Of a stretch of DNA of 64,000 nt, positions 1 to 17,540 are shown one piece after another (within the stretch, counting starts at the first letter, position 1; the number at the start of each line of letters is the position of its first letter). The position numbers and the translations under genes are program-made. Origin of the DNA: the human T2T-CHM13v2.0 reference genome, Homo sapiens; assembly GCF_009914755.1 (NCBI RefSeq), contig NC_060933.1; one strand, given 5' to 3'. The notes beneath the pieces were generated by a model. That model was given only the letters and a program-made list of their open reading frames with translations. It ran no database searches and was not told where the DNA came from.

Positions 1-466
1 TTCGTCTTGCAGGTTAGTAAGAATTATATGACGACAACAGTATAGGTTTGAAAAAGGAAAGTTTTATTAGAAAGAAAGAACACTGCAGAAGAGTGCAGCG
101 GGATGCCTCAGCAAGAGAGGACTCAGTGTGTGGTGGTGGATTTTTCCTGAGGGGTATATATGGACCTTAAAGTGGGAGCTTGGGATAATTTAGACCATAT
201 TAGCCACATAGGTCATGATAAATGATTACATTTGTAGACATTTTGGTGCCTTGATGTCAGCAAGGGTTGCACAGTTAGTTTCAACATGCGTGCATTCCAG
301 AGATGTATAGAAATTCCAGTTAATTACACATTTTTGGGAAAGAAATCTGGAACCAGATGCCTGCTTTAGATAATAGGGAAGTCTAATTATTTCTAAATTC
401 CTCAGATAAGGAATTTGCCTCTGGATGGTCTGCTTGATGGTCACCAGGTGATCTTTGCTCTCCTCA
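1..466 (-). mobile_element. ERV1-type (MER4-group-like) LTR, cut by the window edge
   Basis: Ends ...ctttgctctcctCA (TG start on the minus strand). TTTATT near 63-68 is AATAAA on the minus strand. Resembles MER4-group LTRs; subfamily not determined. Confidence 0.6.
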
Positions 467-1204
467 GTTTCAGAGGATAGAGGAGTTCCTGGTGCCCATC
501 TTTGGCGACAATCAATTATGCTATGTTATTCTTGAATTTTTCAGATATCATAGGCCAAAACTATTCATTCCCAAACCATTATTTTATTTTGGTACTTTTA
601 GTTAGGCTTCCATAACTAGAGACTAGAAGGGATCTGATTAACACAAATATAGGAAGTGAATGTATGTGACAATTAGCTAAGAGTGGAAAGTAAGGTAAGA
701 AAAAAAATTCTGAATAAGGGCCAACGCCAAATGAGAGATAATTATCTGGAACTATAAGTCTCCAAGCATGGTGTACTCTCTACAGGACCACAGTTTAAAT
801 CCCAAAGAAGTGTCTGAAAGTACTCCATCTGGTTTTCCCAAAGCATTTTTTTAGGTCCTTGTTTCTACAGAATGCTTTTAAGTGATTCCATGAAAAAATG
901 AATTTCATTACTTAAGGGCCAATCTGAACTTTTGATAGCTAATATGCACTATGAATCATAAAGCGTGATGTGTGTTACAACATCAACTGAATTCATTTTA
1001 ACACAGATTCCTTACTTCAGCATCTTGAGAAATGATGTTCCACTGGATATACTCTGGGGAGTTCTGGTATGGTTTGAGCTACTTATTTTAGAAATTAGGA
1101 ATCTGAAGCACAGAGTTTGAGTCACTTGCTTGTGGGAAGTAGGAGCAGAACTTGGGGCCTCTCACTAGGTTTCCAGTCTGAATCTTTTTTCTCCTAGTGG
1201 CTGA

Positions 1205-1515
<311 letters not shown>

Positions 1516-2599
1516 TTTAAGTTTCTTAAGCCCTCTCCTTATTTACCCTTTCCACACCCAATCCATGATGTAGGAGTCTTCAACTCTGGAATGACACAAA
1601 AGTAGGCTCATGTGGGGTTGACATACATCAGTTATTGATGAGTGTCCTGTCGGAACCTGAGTAACAGGTTTCCTTGTTTGGAAACTTCATCATGCGATCA
1701 TTAAGAATCACATGAAATTAGTACCTCTCATTATCAAAGACCTTATGAGACAGGTTTCTTTCTGGAGCTAATTCTGATATTTCATAGATCATCACCTTCC
1801 ATATACTTTTTGGAAAAAATCTCCATTGTACCAAAACCAAACTTCAAAGCCTTCCTTTTCTTCCCATGAAAACATACACACATTTGAGCACCTACGTGTG
1901 TTTTCCAGACAACGTAAGTGCTTTGGACACATTCTCCTTGACCAACTTGGAGTTCTGGTCTTATATAAAAACATTCCACTCTTTCATGTTTTCCAGACAG
2001 TGTCTAATTGGAATGGAAAATGGCACAGAATTGGGTGTTTGGTGAAGGAAATGACATGTGGCCCTCTTAGAACTAAGGGGTGATGTCACTTACTAAGATG
2101 AAGACTCCATTGCCTGATGACTTTATGGCCAGGAATTGGTGAGATGTGGTAGAGAGAGCACTGGACTGGGAGTCAGAAGGTCTGGTTTCCAGTTCTGGTG
2201 TGGTACTACCTCTTCACTTGATCTTGGGTACACCACTCTCCTCGAGTTTGTTAGATTCCTTATCTACACAATAAGCCCTCGCCACCCAAGTCTGGTTTTC
2301 ACTAAGCTAGATATATTAACTTTGAAAGTCAAGGTGTAGAAGTGAAAGGGTATACTACTGGGATGTGAAAATCTGTCATTTGGAAGAAAGATTAAGCTGG
2401 CTCTGTACAGTCTCCAAAGTCTAACTCAAATGAATGGTGGAAATTGCAAGGGAATTGCAAAGAGACAGATTTTTACACCAAGGCTGGATGATCAATAAAA
2501 GGAGTTTTACAGAAGAAACAAAGGAATCACTTAATTTTGCTTGGTGGGGTTTATTCATCTATAGAGATTTATGCAGAAGAGTAACAGGATAATGAATTA

Positions 2600-3100
2600 T
2601 ATCTTTAAGAGATCTCTGTCTTTTGTGTAAACAATAGATTACAGTGGACTTTAGAAGGCTGGGGTGGTAGAACTAAGAGACCATCCAAGTACTCCACATG
2701 AAAAATGATGGTGAGTTGGGCCATGGTGGTGACATTAGAAATTCAGGTGATTTGGGGTAGATACTGAATGGAGGAATTATTATGACTTACTAATGGATTG
2801 ATTACAGGTAGTGAATAAAAAGATAGAATGAAGAATGTCTCAAGGATTTTGGCCTTATCAATTGAGTTGCTTTTGTTTCCCATTTGCTGAAATGGCAGAG
2901 ATTGGGAGCAGGATATATTTGGGGTGGAATAAGAGTCAGCATTTCCGTTTTAGACATGTACATTTTGCAACTTCCAAGAGCAGATGGCAAACAGAATGTT
3001 GAGTGTATAAATTTGGCTCCCAGAGAGGAGATTTGGGCTAGAGACAGAATTGGAGAGTGAGGAGGATTTATATGATACTTGATAAGCTTCAAAGAGGGGT
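2600..3100 (-). mobile_element. L2 LINE fragment
   Basis: Purine-rich degenerate L2-like text (gagtcagcatttccgttttagacatgt; gagatttgggctagag). Boundaries approximate. Confidence 0.6.
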
Positions 3101-3855
3101 ACCATTTGAATTGACTCCTGAAGGATGAGTAGGGTTTACCGGTAGAGAATGTGAAGAAAAATGTAAAAACAAAGGGAACCAGGTGGGAAAAGAAAGAGCA
3201 CTAACGAGGTCAAGCCAAGGTCCAGTGGGCTCTCAATGTCTGAGCTTAGACCACTGTACATCACTCTCTGTAACAGCAACACTATCTTCTCTCTAGAGAA
3301 ATCCACTAGCCTGCTCAGATCCTTAGACATTTGGGTTCAAAGCCAACAAAAGATTATAGCTAAGGGTAGTTTATTTAAGGATAATAATAGAGCCTACAGG
3401 TTATTTCTTTTTTCCTCAAACTAGAGATAATTTTCTTTTTTCCCCATGAATAAGATTGAATTCATCAGTATTTGGCTTTTTCCAAGTCTGGAAACCTCAT
3501 CCACCATAATTCAGTTCAGACTTCAATGTCACAACCTGAGGGACTAGGATAGATTATAAGCAATTTAGAGATGCCTTGTCACAATTAATTTGTGTTTAGC
3601 CAGAGATCGCGAGTTTATTTCTGAACTTTTTTTCTTTTATATCAGTTCCAAAAATAATGTATGATGTCCTTTCTTTAGACTTTGCCAAGCAGCAAGTGTA
3701 CTTACAGCATAAGCTTCGAGGAACTCTCAAACCCATGTCACCTTAAGTTTTAGTATCTCAGGATGTTCTTTCAATTCTCCTCCTCTATAAGCAGGGTTCT
3801 GATCTCTCTGTTCTTCCTGACACTGTCTAGCTTGCTATTTTCACTTTAGAGTTGA

Positions 3856-4401
3856 TGCATTAGTTTTCTATTGCTGTCATAACAAACTACCTTAAATTTA
3901 GAGGCTTAAAATAGCTCAAATTTATTATTTTACAGTCTATAGGTCAGCAGTTTGGCATGAGTCTCACAGGGTTAAAATCAAGGTACCAGAAGGCTGTGTT
4001 ACTTTTTGGGGACTATAGGGAAGAATTCAATTCAGTTCCATGTGGTTGCAGCACTATAGTCTCCATTTACCTGTTATCAACCAGAAACCACTCAGGCCCT
4101 AGAGGCCCCTATATGTCAGAATCAGCAACAAGGTGTCAAGCCTTTTCACACTGCCATCTCTCCTGACTCTCCTTCTGTCCTTCTGTTTCTCTGACCCACT
4201 ATTCTGCCTTCCTTGTTTACTTTTAGAAATTCATGTGATTAGACTGGGCCCATCCAGATAAGCCAGGATAATCACTCCATCTCAAAGTCTTCAATCTTAA
4301 TCACATAGGTCAAGTCTTTTTTTCAATTTAAGGTAATATATGCACAAGATATAGGTATTAGAGCATAGATACAAGTAGGGGATATTATTCTCTCTAGCAC
4401 A
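3856..4401 (-). mobile_element. MaLR solo LTR (MLT1D/E-like)
   Basis: tgcattagttttctattgctgtcataacaaa...aaaatcaaggt...gattagactgggcccatccagataagccaggataatc...ctagcaCA. Confidence 0.8.
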
Positions 4402-4404
4402 ATT

Positions 4405-4900
4405 AAGAAAGCAGAGGCCAAAAAATTTAGAAAGTTTTGTCCATGATGGGAGAACAGTACAGGTAAATGAGTTTAAATTTGAATCCAGGAGCAAGATTTC
4501 TAACCTCATATTCTTTCCATTATAAACAAAAATACATATAGCTCAAATGTGAGTGTGGGTATTTCACAAGAGTAGAATGATGCATCTGGAATCTCATAGA
4601 TTTAGAAACTTGTTCCTTCTCTTATTAGCCATGTGACATTGACTCAAATCAGTTTGTCTCTCTGAATCACAGTTTTCTCATCTATAAAATGATAAGTATA
4701 GGATCCACTTTTCAGGATTTTCAGTGAGTATTTAATAAGGTATCAGTTGAGAACAAAGCATAGTTTACATAAAAATGCAAAACACTAAAAGGATAAATTT
4801 ATGTCCCTATATTGCACAGATGAGAATACAGGCACAGAGAGGAGTAACAACTGGCACAAGGTCATAAAGTGGGTTAGTGGCAAACCCCAGACCAGATTAC
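4405..4900. mobile_element. Cluster of MIR fragments in both orientations
   Basis: MIR core motifs: ctctctgaatcacagttttctcatctataaaatg (+) and cagatgagaatacaggcacagagagg...aaggtcat (-). Confidence 0.6.
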
Positions 4901-5603
4901 ACAGTGGTACAAGAATTTGCAGGGAAAGTAATTACAAGAACAAAATTCCACACCTGCTTTCTACAACATTCCATAAGCAGCTTGGGGACTGAGCTTCTTG
5001 ATTCCTTTCCACCCAGGCATCCCACAAGAATTAGAAGTTAAAGACAGGCATGCTGGCTTCATCCGATGTGACAACTTTGGTCTTCCCTGGCATTTCCAGT
5101 TCCCACATTCCTCTTGAACCTCTGCCCCTACAGCCAAATCAATGTCAGCTCACTTAGCACTAAATGCTTCCTGCACACCAAGCCATTTTACATCTGCTTA
5201 ATAAAAATGGAACCATCTAGCATCAATTGACATGAAATAATTTTCCACTTCATGTCAACTGAAAATCACCAATTTCCTGCTACAAGTGACACTTAGTACT
5301 AGGAGGCACTTGGAGTCATTATGAGTTATCATTGCCTAGGCTGCTTGCCTTCATGTGATCAAATGTTATACCTAAAAGCACTATGGATTAAAGCTGTGTT
5401 TTCATGTAATTAAATATAAGGATTAAAATATGATCCATTTCACTATCAAGGTAGAATCTCATCATAGCCTGAAGACAAAAAGTAAATTGTTATTGGGTTT
5501 GTAACTCCAATGTGGCATGTAAGAGTAGAATCATTGATTCATTTGGTGAGCAAAATACAGACCTCCTGTGTTCTATGCAGTCTTGCTGATAGAAAGACAA
5601 ACA

Positions 5604-6061
<458 letters not shown>

Positions 6062-6542
6062 CTATGATATTCAATAATTTGTGGCTGTGAACATTTTCAT
6101 TTAAGTGAAATTTTGCAAAGAAGTCCAATAAATAAAACTGATAATAGGGGACTACTATGGCTGAAGTAGAAACAAGAGGCCTGTAGAGTCAGCAATTAAG
6201 TACCTCTCTTTCCATCTGCTCTCCAACACACTGTAGTTTCTGAGAGAGCTCTTTATAATATGTTTAAAAAGTATTACTTTACAATATTTTAAACTGGCTT
6301 ATTGAATGTATGGGTCTATAGGTATAAGTAGAAAATAACTTTTCTTTTCAATGATTATCTCTCTAACTTACTCTATATACTAAATTTTCCCATATTCCTG
6401 GTTTATGTCTTAGGCAGATTTCCTTATTTTCTCTGGTCCTCCTTTGGAAAACATAATCCTATTTTCCAGGTACTAAAATGTTCAGCTTAATGTAAAACTA
6501 AAGTCAATCTCAATCAATGTTTTTTAAAAAAGCAACTTTTCC

Positions 6543-7250
6543 CATATATATTACATATATATGTTATATATAAATATGTAATATAATATATAATATATAT
6601 ATAACAATTTTTTATCCACTCATCTGTGGATGGATACTTTGATTGTTTCTATATCTTGGCTATTGTAAATAATGCTCCAGTGAACCTGGGAATGGAGATA
6701 TATTTATAAGATGCTGATTTCATTTCCTTTGGGTATACACCTAGAAATGGGATTGCTGGGTCATATGGAAGTCCTGTTACTTGTGAAAATATGGATGAAT
6801 TATACTAAGTGAAATAAGTCAAACACATAAAGACAAATACATGATGCATCATCTCACTTATATGTGAAATCTTAAAACTGAATACATAGAAATAGAGAGC
6901 AAAGTGGTGGCTACCAGGCTGGGTATGGCAGGGGAAAATAATACATTATAGGTCAAAGGGTATAAAGTTACACTTACATAGAATTAGTAAGTCTAGAGAT
7001 GTAATGTGCAACATGGGGACTACTGTTAATATGATTGTTTTATATACTGTTAATTTGCCAAGAAAGTAGATTTTACGTACTCTTACCTCCAAAAAATAAA
7101 AGAAAAAGAGAAAGGTAGTTATATGAGATGATGGTTTTGTTAATTTGCTTGACCGTAGTACTCACTTCACTATGTTTATGTATATCAAGTTAAGTGTAGC
7201 AAAACCTCATGTTGTATACCTTAAATATATATAATAAAACAAACAAACAA
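6543..7250 (+). mobile_element. L1MA-type 3' end with a 5' inversion (minus-strand piece ~6605-6768, plus-strand piece ~6767-7250)
   Basis: The minus piece is ORF2 C-terminal sequence (gggattgctgggtcatatgg). The plus piece is the ORF2 end plus 3'UTR (taagtgaaataagtc...gttgtataccttaaatatat) and an A-rich tail. Confidence 0.8.
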
Positions 7251-7451
7251 ACTTCTTCCTCTCCCAAGCTCTGGCCTGGCACAATTAGAAATCTTAGAGA
7301 GAGGTAAAGAGACTTGTCATCAGTCTCCTAAGTATTTTCCCACTATACTCTTTTATTTCTCTTTCCCCACTTATTATGACTATTTGAGTCCTCCCAGAAT
7401 GGTCAGGGTGAGGTGAGAGAGGAAAGAAACAAAGGATATCTTACTTGCCTT

Positions 7452-7701
7452 CTAGGCTACCACCTACAGTTGTGTAAGTTACATACTGCACAAGTGTACC
7501 CAGCTAATGTAGCAAGATATCTAGCTCACTCTGCTAGGGAAGCCATATACTCTGGGGAGGAGCTTCAATCATCTGGGAGAAGGGGCATGTTTGTAAATTA
7601 TCACAATAGTGTCATTTTGTCACCAAGTTCTTGGCTGCCCCTACCAGGAGGATGTGCCTTTTAAAAGTGTTCACATAGCGACATAGGGAGAGGCAGCCCT
7701 G
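7452..7701. mobile_element. Possible hAT/Tip100-type (MER91-related) non-autonomous DNA transposon
   Basis: Left end taggctacc...agttgtgtaagttacatactgcacaa and right end ggcagccctg resemble MER91-type termini. Confidence 0.35.
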
Positions 7702-8352
7702 TCTACCAGAACAATTTAAAGCTGACACTGGAGTGAATGTGGTAGATGTTCAAAGACTGTTTCTTTCCTTTGTGAGGTGCCTCTGGGGTTGTTAGGAATT
7801 TGCGACTCCAGCCCCATCATAGCAGGGCCCCCTAATTTGATGACCTCTGATTCCAATACCCCTCTGGCTGTATATTTATGACCACACCTCAGCCCCACAA
7901 TCCATCCCTCTACCTCACACGGACTGTCTCCATTAGGTTTCCTCACCCGCAGGCAGTTTTGTGCACAGTCCCTTTCAAGATGCCTGATGGCTGCTGCCTT
8001 GCCTGGCCCAGAGGACACACGTGCCTTCCCCCATCATGGCAGGAAGTGGATCTCCAACAGCCACCCCCACTCCCAGCTGCTAAAGACTCTTTTGGCAAGT
8101 TTTTTCCACCAGTTTCATTGCTCTCACCTTGTGCTGCATCAATAGGTGGCAATGGATATTCTGGGCCTTTGGAGCACCTCCTGAGACACAAAGACATCGG
8201 GAAAGGTCTTGGTACATAATGTTTAATAAATTGATATATTTAAATATATAAATATATGCTTAATATATTATATATTTATATATTTAATTATAGATAAATA
8301 TATTTAACAAATATATACATACACACATTGTTTACTTTTGATGCATTATTTG

Positions 8353-8353
<1 letters not shown>

Positions 8354-8394
<41 letters not shown>
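8354..8394. repeat. (TG)n(TA)n microsatellite within AT-rich low-complexity DNA
   Basis: Directly visible. Confidence 0.95.
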
Positions 8395-8395
<1 letters not shown>

Positions 8396-8396
8396 A

Positions 8397-8563
8397 AATC
8401 CAGGGTAATCTTCCCATTTTAAGATCCGTAAATTAATCACATCTGAGAAATCCTTTCTGCTAGGTAATGTATTACTCAGGTAATGTATTCACGGGTATAG
8501 GGGACTAGAACCTGGACATCTTTGGTGTGAAACTACTATTCTACCTACCACACCATCCTTAAT
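8397..8563 (-). repeat. Local duplicate of the MLT1 LTR end plus flank at 9153-9340
   Basis: Shared atcttcccattttaagat...aaattaatcacatctgagaa...gggactagaacctggacatctttggtg...ctacctaccaca(c/t)catccttaat. Confidence 0.9.
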
Positions 8564-8810
8564 TTTTATATACATATACATTTATATATATGTGTATATA
8601 TCATATATATATAACAAATAACAAGTAAACAGTGTGTGTGTATTTATTTATTTATAAATATATGGTTTAGTACCAGATGTGGTGGAGGAGATATTTGAGA
8701 TCCTCTCATTTAAAATATGATTTATGTAGCCCTGTGAGATTCACCTGGTTGGAGAGGGGCACCCCTGCTTGACACTTAAAAGACATAAGAGATAAATTCC
8801 AGATGCCATT

Positions 8811-9329
8811 TGTATTATTTTCCTGTTACTATTATAATAAATTATCATATATTTAGTGGCTGAAGACAGTGCAGATTTATTATCTTAATGTTCTAGAAGT
8901 CAGAAACCTGAGAAAAGTTCTTCCAAGGCTAAAAATCAAGATGCCAATAGAGCTGCCATTCCTTCTAGAGGAACTAGGGGAGAACCTGTTTCCTTTCCTT
9001 GTATGTTTTCTGGAGGCTACCTGCATTCCTTGTTTCATGACAACAAATCACTCCAATCTCTGCCACGATCATCACATTGCCTTTTCTCTGATCTTGACCC
9101 TCCTGTGTCTTTTTTATAATGACTCTTGTGATTACATTGGGTCCATCTGGATAATCCAGGATCATCTTCCCATTTTAAGATGTTTAAATTAATCACATCT
9201 GAGAAGTCCTTTCTGCCAGGTAATTTATTCTGCAGGTAATGTATTCTTCAGGTGACATATTCACAGGTACAGGGGACTAGAACCTGGACATCTTTGGTGG
9301 GAAGCTACTATATTATTCTACCTACCACA
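8811..9329 (-). mobile_element. MaLR solo LTR (MLT1C/D-like)
   Basis: tgtattattttcctgttact...aaggctaaaaatcaagatg...gattacattgggtccatctggataatccagg...cctaccaCA. Degenerate 5-bp TSD ccatt/tcatc. Confidence 0.85.
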
Positions 9330-9399
9330 TCATCCTTAATAGAAGGTCACAAGTAGAGACAACTTTTTAAAAGTTACAAATTTGAGCTCTTTAAAGAGT

Positions 9400-9560
9400 G
9401 AACTTGATTAATTTAAACTCTCTCAGCCCTCAGTTTCTTCATCTCTAAAAGGAAAATTAATATTAGTACCTGCCCCATACAGTTGTTATGAGTATTAAAT
9501 GAGTTAATATTTTAAATACACTGAGAACAGTGCTGGCTCATGGTTAGTGCTATATAAGTG
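9400..9560 (+). mobile_element. MIR
   Basis: ctcagtttcttcatctctaaaaggaaa...gttgttatgagtattaaatgagttaat...agaacagtgctggc. Confidence 0.75.
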
Positions 9561-11989
9561 GTTTTGAAAAATTACAAACTACATTGCAAAGTTGACTTAA
9601 GATCCAGCTGCTTCTTATTTAGTCACCACTGTGTTATGTATTCTAGAATTAATTACAGCAGAGGCTTATTAACTTAATGGATGTCAATACATCTGTGGAG
9701 TGAGTCTGATACAATATTATATGTATTTACTGGGGTTTTGAAAGAAAATATTTTAACATAGTAAAGTTTCTATTGTGAGATTATAGGTGATTTTTATATT
9801 CTTTATATTTAATCTATGCCCTATATTTTCTTCAATTAACCTGTGTAAGAGTTATGTTCGAGAAAAAAATAAGCAATACATGCAATTTTATACATAGTAT
9901 ATATGTATATTTAAATATATATGTGTGTGTATACACACACACACATATACACACGTATACACAGAAACAGAAAGAGAGAGAGAAACCAGATTAGAGTCAT
10001 TGGAGAAAAATATTCTTTACTCAAGCTTATAAGCTAAGATAACACAAAAATACTTAGTGGTCTTTCTTTGACTATTGGATACAGTCTAGACACCCTGACC
10101 TAGCATTCAAGACCTTCTAGAAGCTGGCTCAAATCACTCTTTACCCCTGTAGTTCTCTGTATTCCCTTGTTTCTGAGAATCAATCCAGCTACACTGAGAT
10201 GTGAAACTGCACTGTGGAAGAGAAAGCAACCTCCTTGAAAGTCAAATGTTGATTTGGTAGCAATTTTGAAGAAGAAAGGTGCATGCTTGGCCATCAGACT
10301 CCTACTTGAGACTCTTTAAAAATGTACCTGCTAAGCATAATTAAAATACAAGAGTCTCCAACAGGACTGGTCCTGTTTTCTAAGAAAATGCATTGTTTGA
10401 GGCAAATTGCACCATTTTCACTTTTTAAACAAACAATTGAAATGAGACATAAATGAACATGCGGGAACATCCTGGAAGGAGATATAAATCAGAATAGAGA
10501 AACTCACAGCCCTGCCCTGGTGTGGATATGAGAAGGACTGGCCTCCTCGTGTCCACGTGCTCCTATCAGACGATGCACCATACACCAGACAGAATGGCCT
10601 TTTTTGAAACGCAAACCTCCTCGTCACCACCCTCAACACTGGTGCAGCCCTTCATATGGAGCTTGGGGTTGTAGAAACAGCATTAATTGAGGGTGGGGCC
10701 AAGATGGCCAACTAGAAACAGTGGCATTTAGAGGCTCCCATTGAAAAGAACCATAATAAGTGAGTGAATCCTTCATCAGCAACCAAGGTATCCAGGTTCT
10801 CTCCTTAGAACTGACTAGGGGCTGGTGTGATCTATGGAGAGGAAGGAAGAACAGTGTGGTGTGGTGATCCACCTGACAGCCACAGGTGGGAGCCCCTTCC
10901 CCCAAGCCAAGGGAGGCAGTGAGTAAGCATGCTACTTAGCTGGGTAAACCATGCTTTTTCCATGGAACTGTGCAACCCACGGATGGGAAGATCCCGCTCA
11001 TGAACCCACACCACCAGGTGTGGTGGTCCCAACCTTGGAGCATTCTCAACAGCCTCTCTGCTGGAATCTGCTTAAGCTTACGGAGCTCCCATGGGGAGGG
11101 GCAACCAGCATCACAGATGCGGCTGCCTGCTGTCTAAGCCATCTGAGCTCCCTGGGGAAGGGGCAGCAGCCAGCACTGGGACTTACAACTGCTTAACACA
11201 CTAAACTCCCTGGGTAGGGTAAGGGTGGCATCCATCTCTATAGCTCCAGGCTGTGCTTTTCCCCCGCTGGAGCCAGTGATGCTGGATGGATTGGTCCCAA
11301 GACATGTCCCCCACAGCTCAACACACCAGCTGTGGCAGACTGTGCCCAGAGTGCATCTTCAGGCCTGACCCTGACCCGTCCATCCTCACTGGGCAGGGCT
11401 TCCCTTCAGGAACTCCAATAACTCCAGCCAGAGGCTCAGGGACAGAACTCTGATCTCCCTGGGCCTGAGCCAATAGGAAAAAGAGTGGCCACAGTCTCTG
11501 TGGACCAGCAGACTTAGCCTTTCCTTCTCATAGTTTTGAGGAATGCTGGCAGCCCAGATAAGTGGGTTTCCCGTCCAGCGAACCACACCCCCTCCACTAA
11601 GGGACAAAGTGCGTCGTTAAATGGGTCCTGTTCCCCGTGCCACCCAACTGGGTGAGACCCTCCAACAGGGGATGTCAGACACCCTATACAGGAGCGATCC
11701 TACTGGCATCAGGTTGGTGCCTCTTGAGGTCAGAGGTCCCAGAAGAAGGAGGAGGCACACATCTTTGCTGTCCTCCAGCCTCCCTGAGTGACATCTCCAG
11801 GTGCAAGGGCGAACCAGATGAACGAGGTCTGAAGTGAACCTTCAGCAAATTGCAGCAGCCGTACAGAAGAGGGACCTGACCATTGAAAAAAAACAAACAG
11901 GAAGCAACAACAACAGCATCATCAACAACAAAAAAAACCCATCCAAGGATTAGCAGCCTCAAAGACTGAAACCAGACAAACTCACAAAG

Positions 11990-13011
11990 ATGAGAAAGAA
12001 TCAATGAAAAAAATGCTGAAAACTCAAAAGGCCAGAGTGCCTCTTCTCCTCCAAATGATTGCAACATCTCCAGCAAGGGCTCAGAACTGGACAGAGGATG
12101 AGGTGGACTAACTGATAGAAGTAGGCTTCAGAAGATGGGTAATAAAAAACTATGCTGAGCTAAAGGAGCATGCTCTAACCCAATGCAAAGAAGCTAAGAA
12201 CCTTGATAAAAGGTTAGAGGAGCTGTTAACTAGAATAACCAATTTTGAGAGGAACATAAATGACCTGATGGAAAAAACACAGCATGAAAACTTCATGAAG
12301 CATACACAAGTATCAATAACTGAATTGACCAAGTGGAAGAAAGCATATCAGAGTTTGAAGACCACCTTGCTGAAATAAGGCATGCAGATGAGACTAGAGA
12401 AAAAAGAATGAAAAGGAATGAACAATGCCTCCAAGAAATAAGGGACTTCATAAGAAGACCAAACCTGTGATTGATTGGAGTACCTGAAGGAGATGGGGAG
12501 AATGGAAACAAGCTGGAAAACACACTCCAGGATATTATCCAGGAGAACACCCCCAACCTAGCAAGAAAGGCCAACGTGCAAATTCAGGAAATATGGAGAA
12601 GACCACTACGACACTCCATGAGAAGATCAACCCCAAGAAACATAATCATCAGATTCTCCCAGGTCAAAAATGAAGGAAAAACTGTTAAGGGCAGCCAGAG
12701 AGAAAGGCCAGGTCATCTACAAAGGGAGGTCCATCACACTAACAGTGGACTTCTCAGCAGAAACTCCACAAGCCATAAGAGATTGGGAGCCAATAATCAA
12801 CATTCTTAAAGAAAAGAATTTTCAACTCAGAATTTCATATCCAGCCAAACTAAGCTTCATAAGCAAAGGAGAAATAAAATCCTTTCCAGAGAAGTAAATG
12901 CTGAGGGATTGCATTACCACCAGGCCTGTCTTGCAAGGGCTCCTAAAACAAGCACTAAATATGGAAAGGAAAAACCAGTACCAGCCGCTGCAAAAATACA
13001 CTAAAATATAA
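11990..13011 (+). pseudogene. LINE-1 ORF1p (RNA-binding chaperone), disrupted
   Basis: Fragments IGVPEGDGENGNKLENTLQDIIQEN and MKEKLLRAAREKGQV...RISYPAKLSF; stops and frameshifts present. Confidence 0.92.
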
Positions 13012-13071
13012 AGACCAATGACACTGAAGAAACTGCATCAACTAGTGTGCAAATAACCAAATAGCATCGTG

Positions 13072-16907
<3,836 letters not shown>

Positions 16908-17130
16908 ATGATGAGAACACATGGACACAGAGAGGAGAACAAACACACCAGGGTCTGCTATGGGGTAGGGGCTGAGGGGAGGGAACTTAGAGGATGGGTC
17001 AATAGGTGCAGCAAACCATCATGGCACACGTATACCCATGTAACAAACCTGCACGTTCTGCACATGTATGGTGTTTTGTTGTCTTTCTTTTTTTAGAAGA
17101 AATAAAGAAAAACAACAACAACAACAAAGA

Positions 17131-17540
17131 AACATAATGAATTCAAATCTTACCTCTGCTGTTTTCAAGCTGTGGGACCTGAAGCAATTGCTTCAGCCCT
17201 CTGTGTCTTGGTTTCAAGATTTATTTAAAAATCATAGAATGGTAATTAGGACACAGGGGTTGTGGTTCAGAGATTGTATGATGACATGTTAAGAGCACAG
17301 GCCCTGAAGACAGGCAATGAAGGAGTTCACATATTGGCTAGTCTAATTCATATCTGTGAATTTGAGCAGGTTACTTAATCTCTTTGGAATAAACAAGGAT
17401 AAAAATTATATTTACCTTGTGGGTCACCGTGAAGACTAAATGAAATAATATATCTCACATCCTTGACTAAGCACTGGGCTCCTGGGAAGAGCTCAATGAA
17501 GGCTAGTTATATGAAGCACTGGGTAAATGCTTAATAAATA
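17131..17540 (+). mobile_element. MIR fragments (the first is interrupted by the L1)
   Basis: ttcaaatcttacctctgct...gctgtgggacctgaagcaattgcttcagccctctgtgtc; gcaggttacttaatctct. Confidence 0.65.

Noticed and set aside
800-1070. Possible old hAT/Charlie-type relics here and near 6060-6270 and 43270-43440
   Set aside because: Too degenerate to assign a family or boundaries by eye.
7716-8219. Three overlapping ORFs (84-113 aa) in a slightly GC-richer patch
   Set aside because: No recognisable homology. Stop-codon scarcity is explained by base composition.
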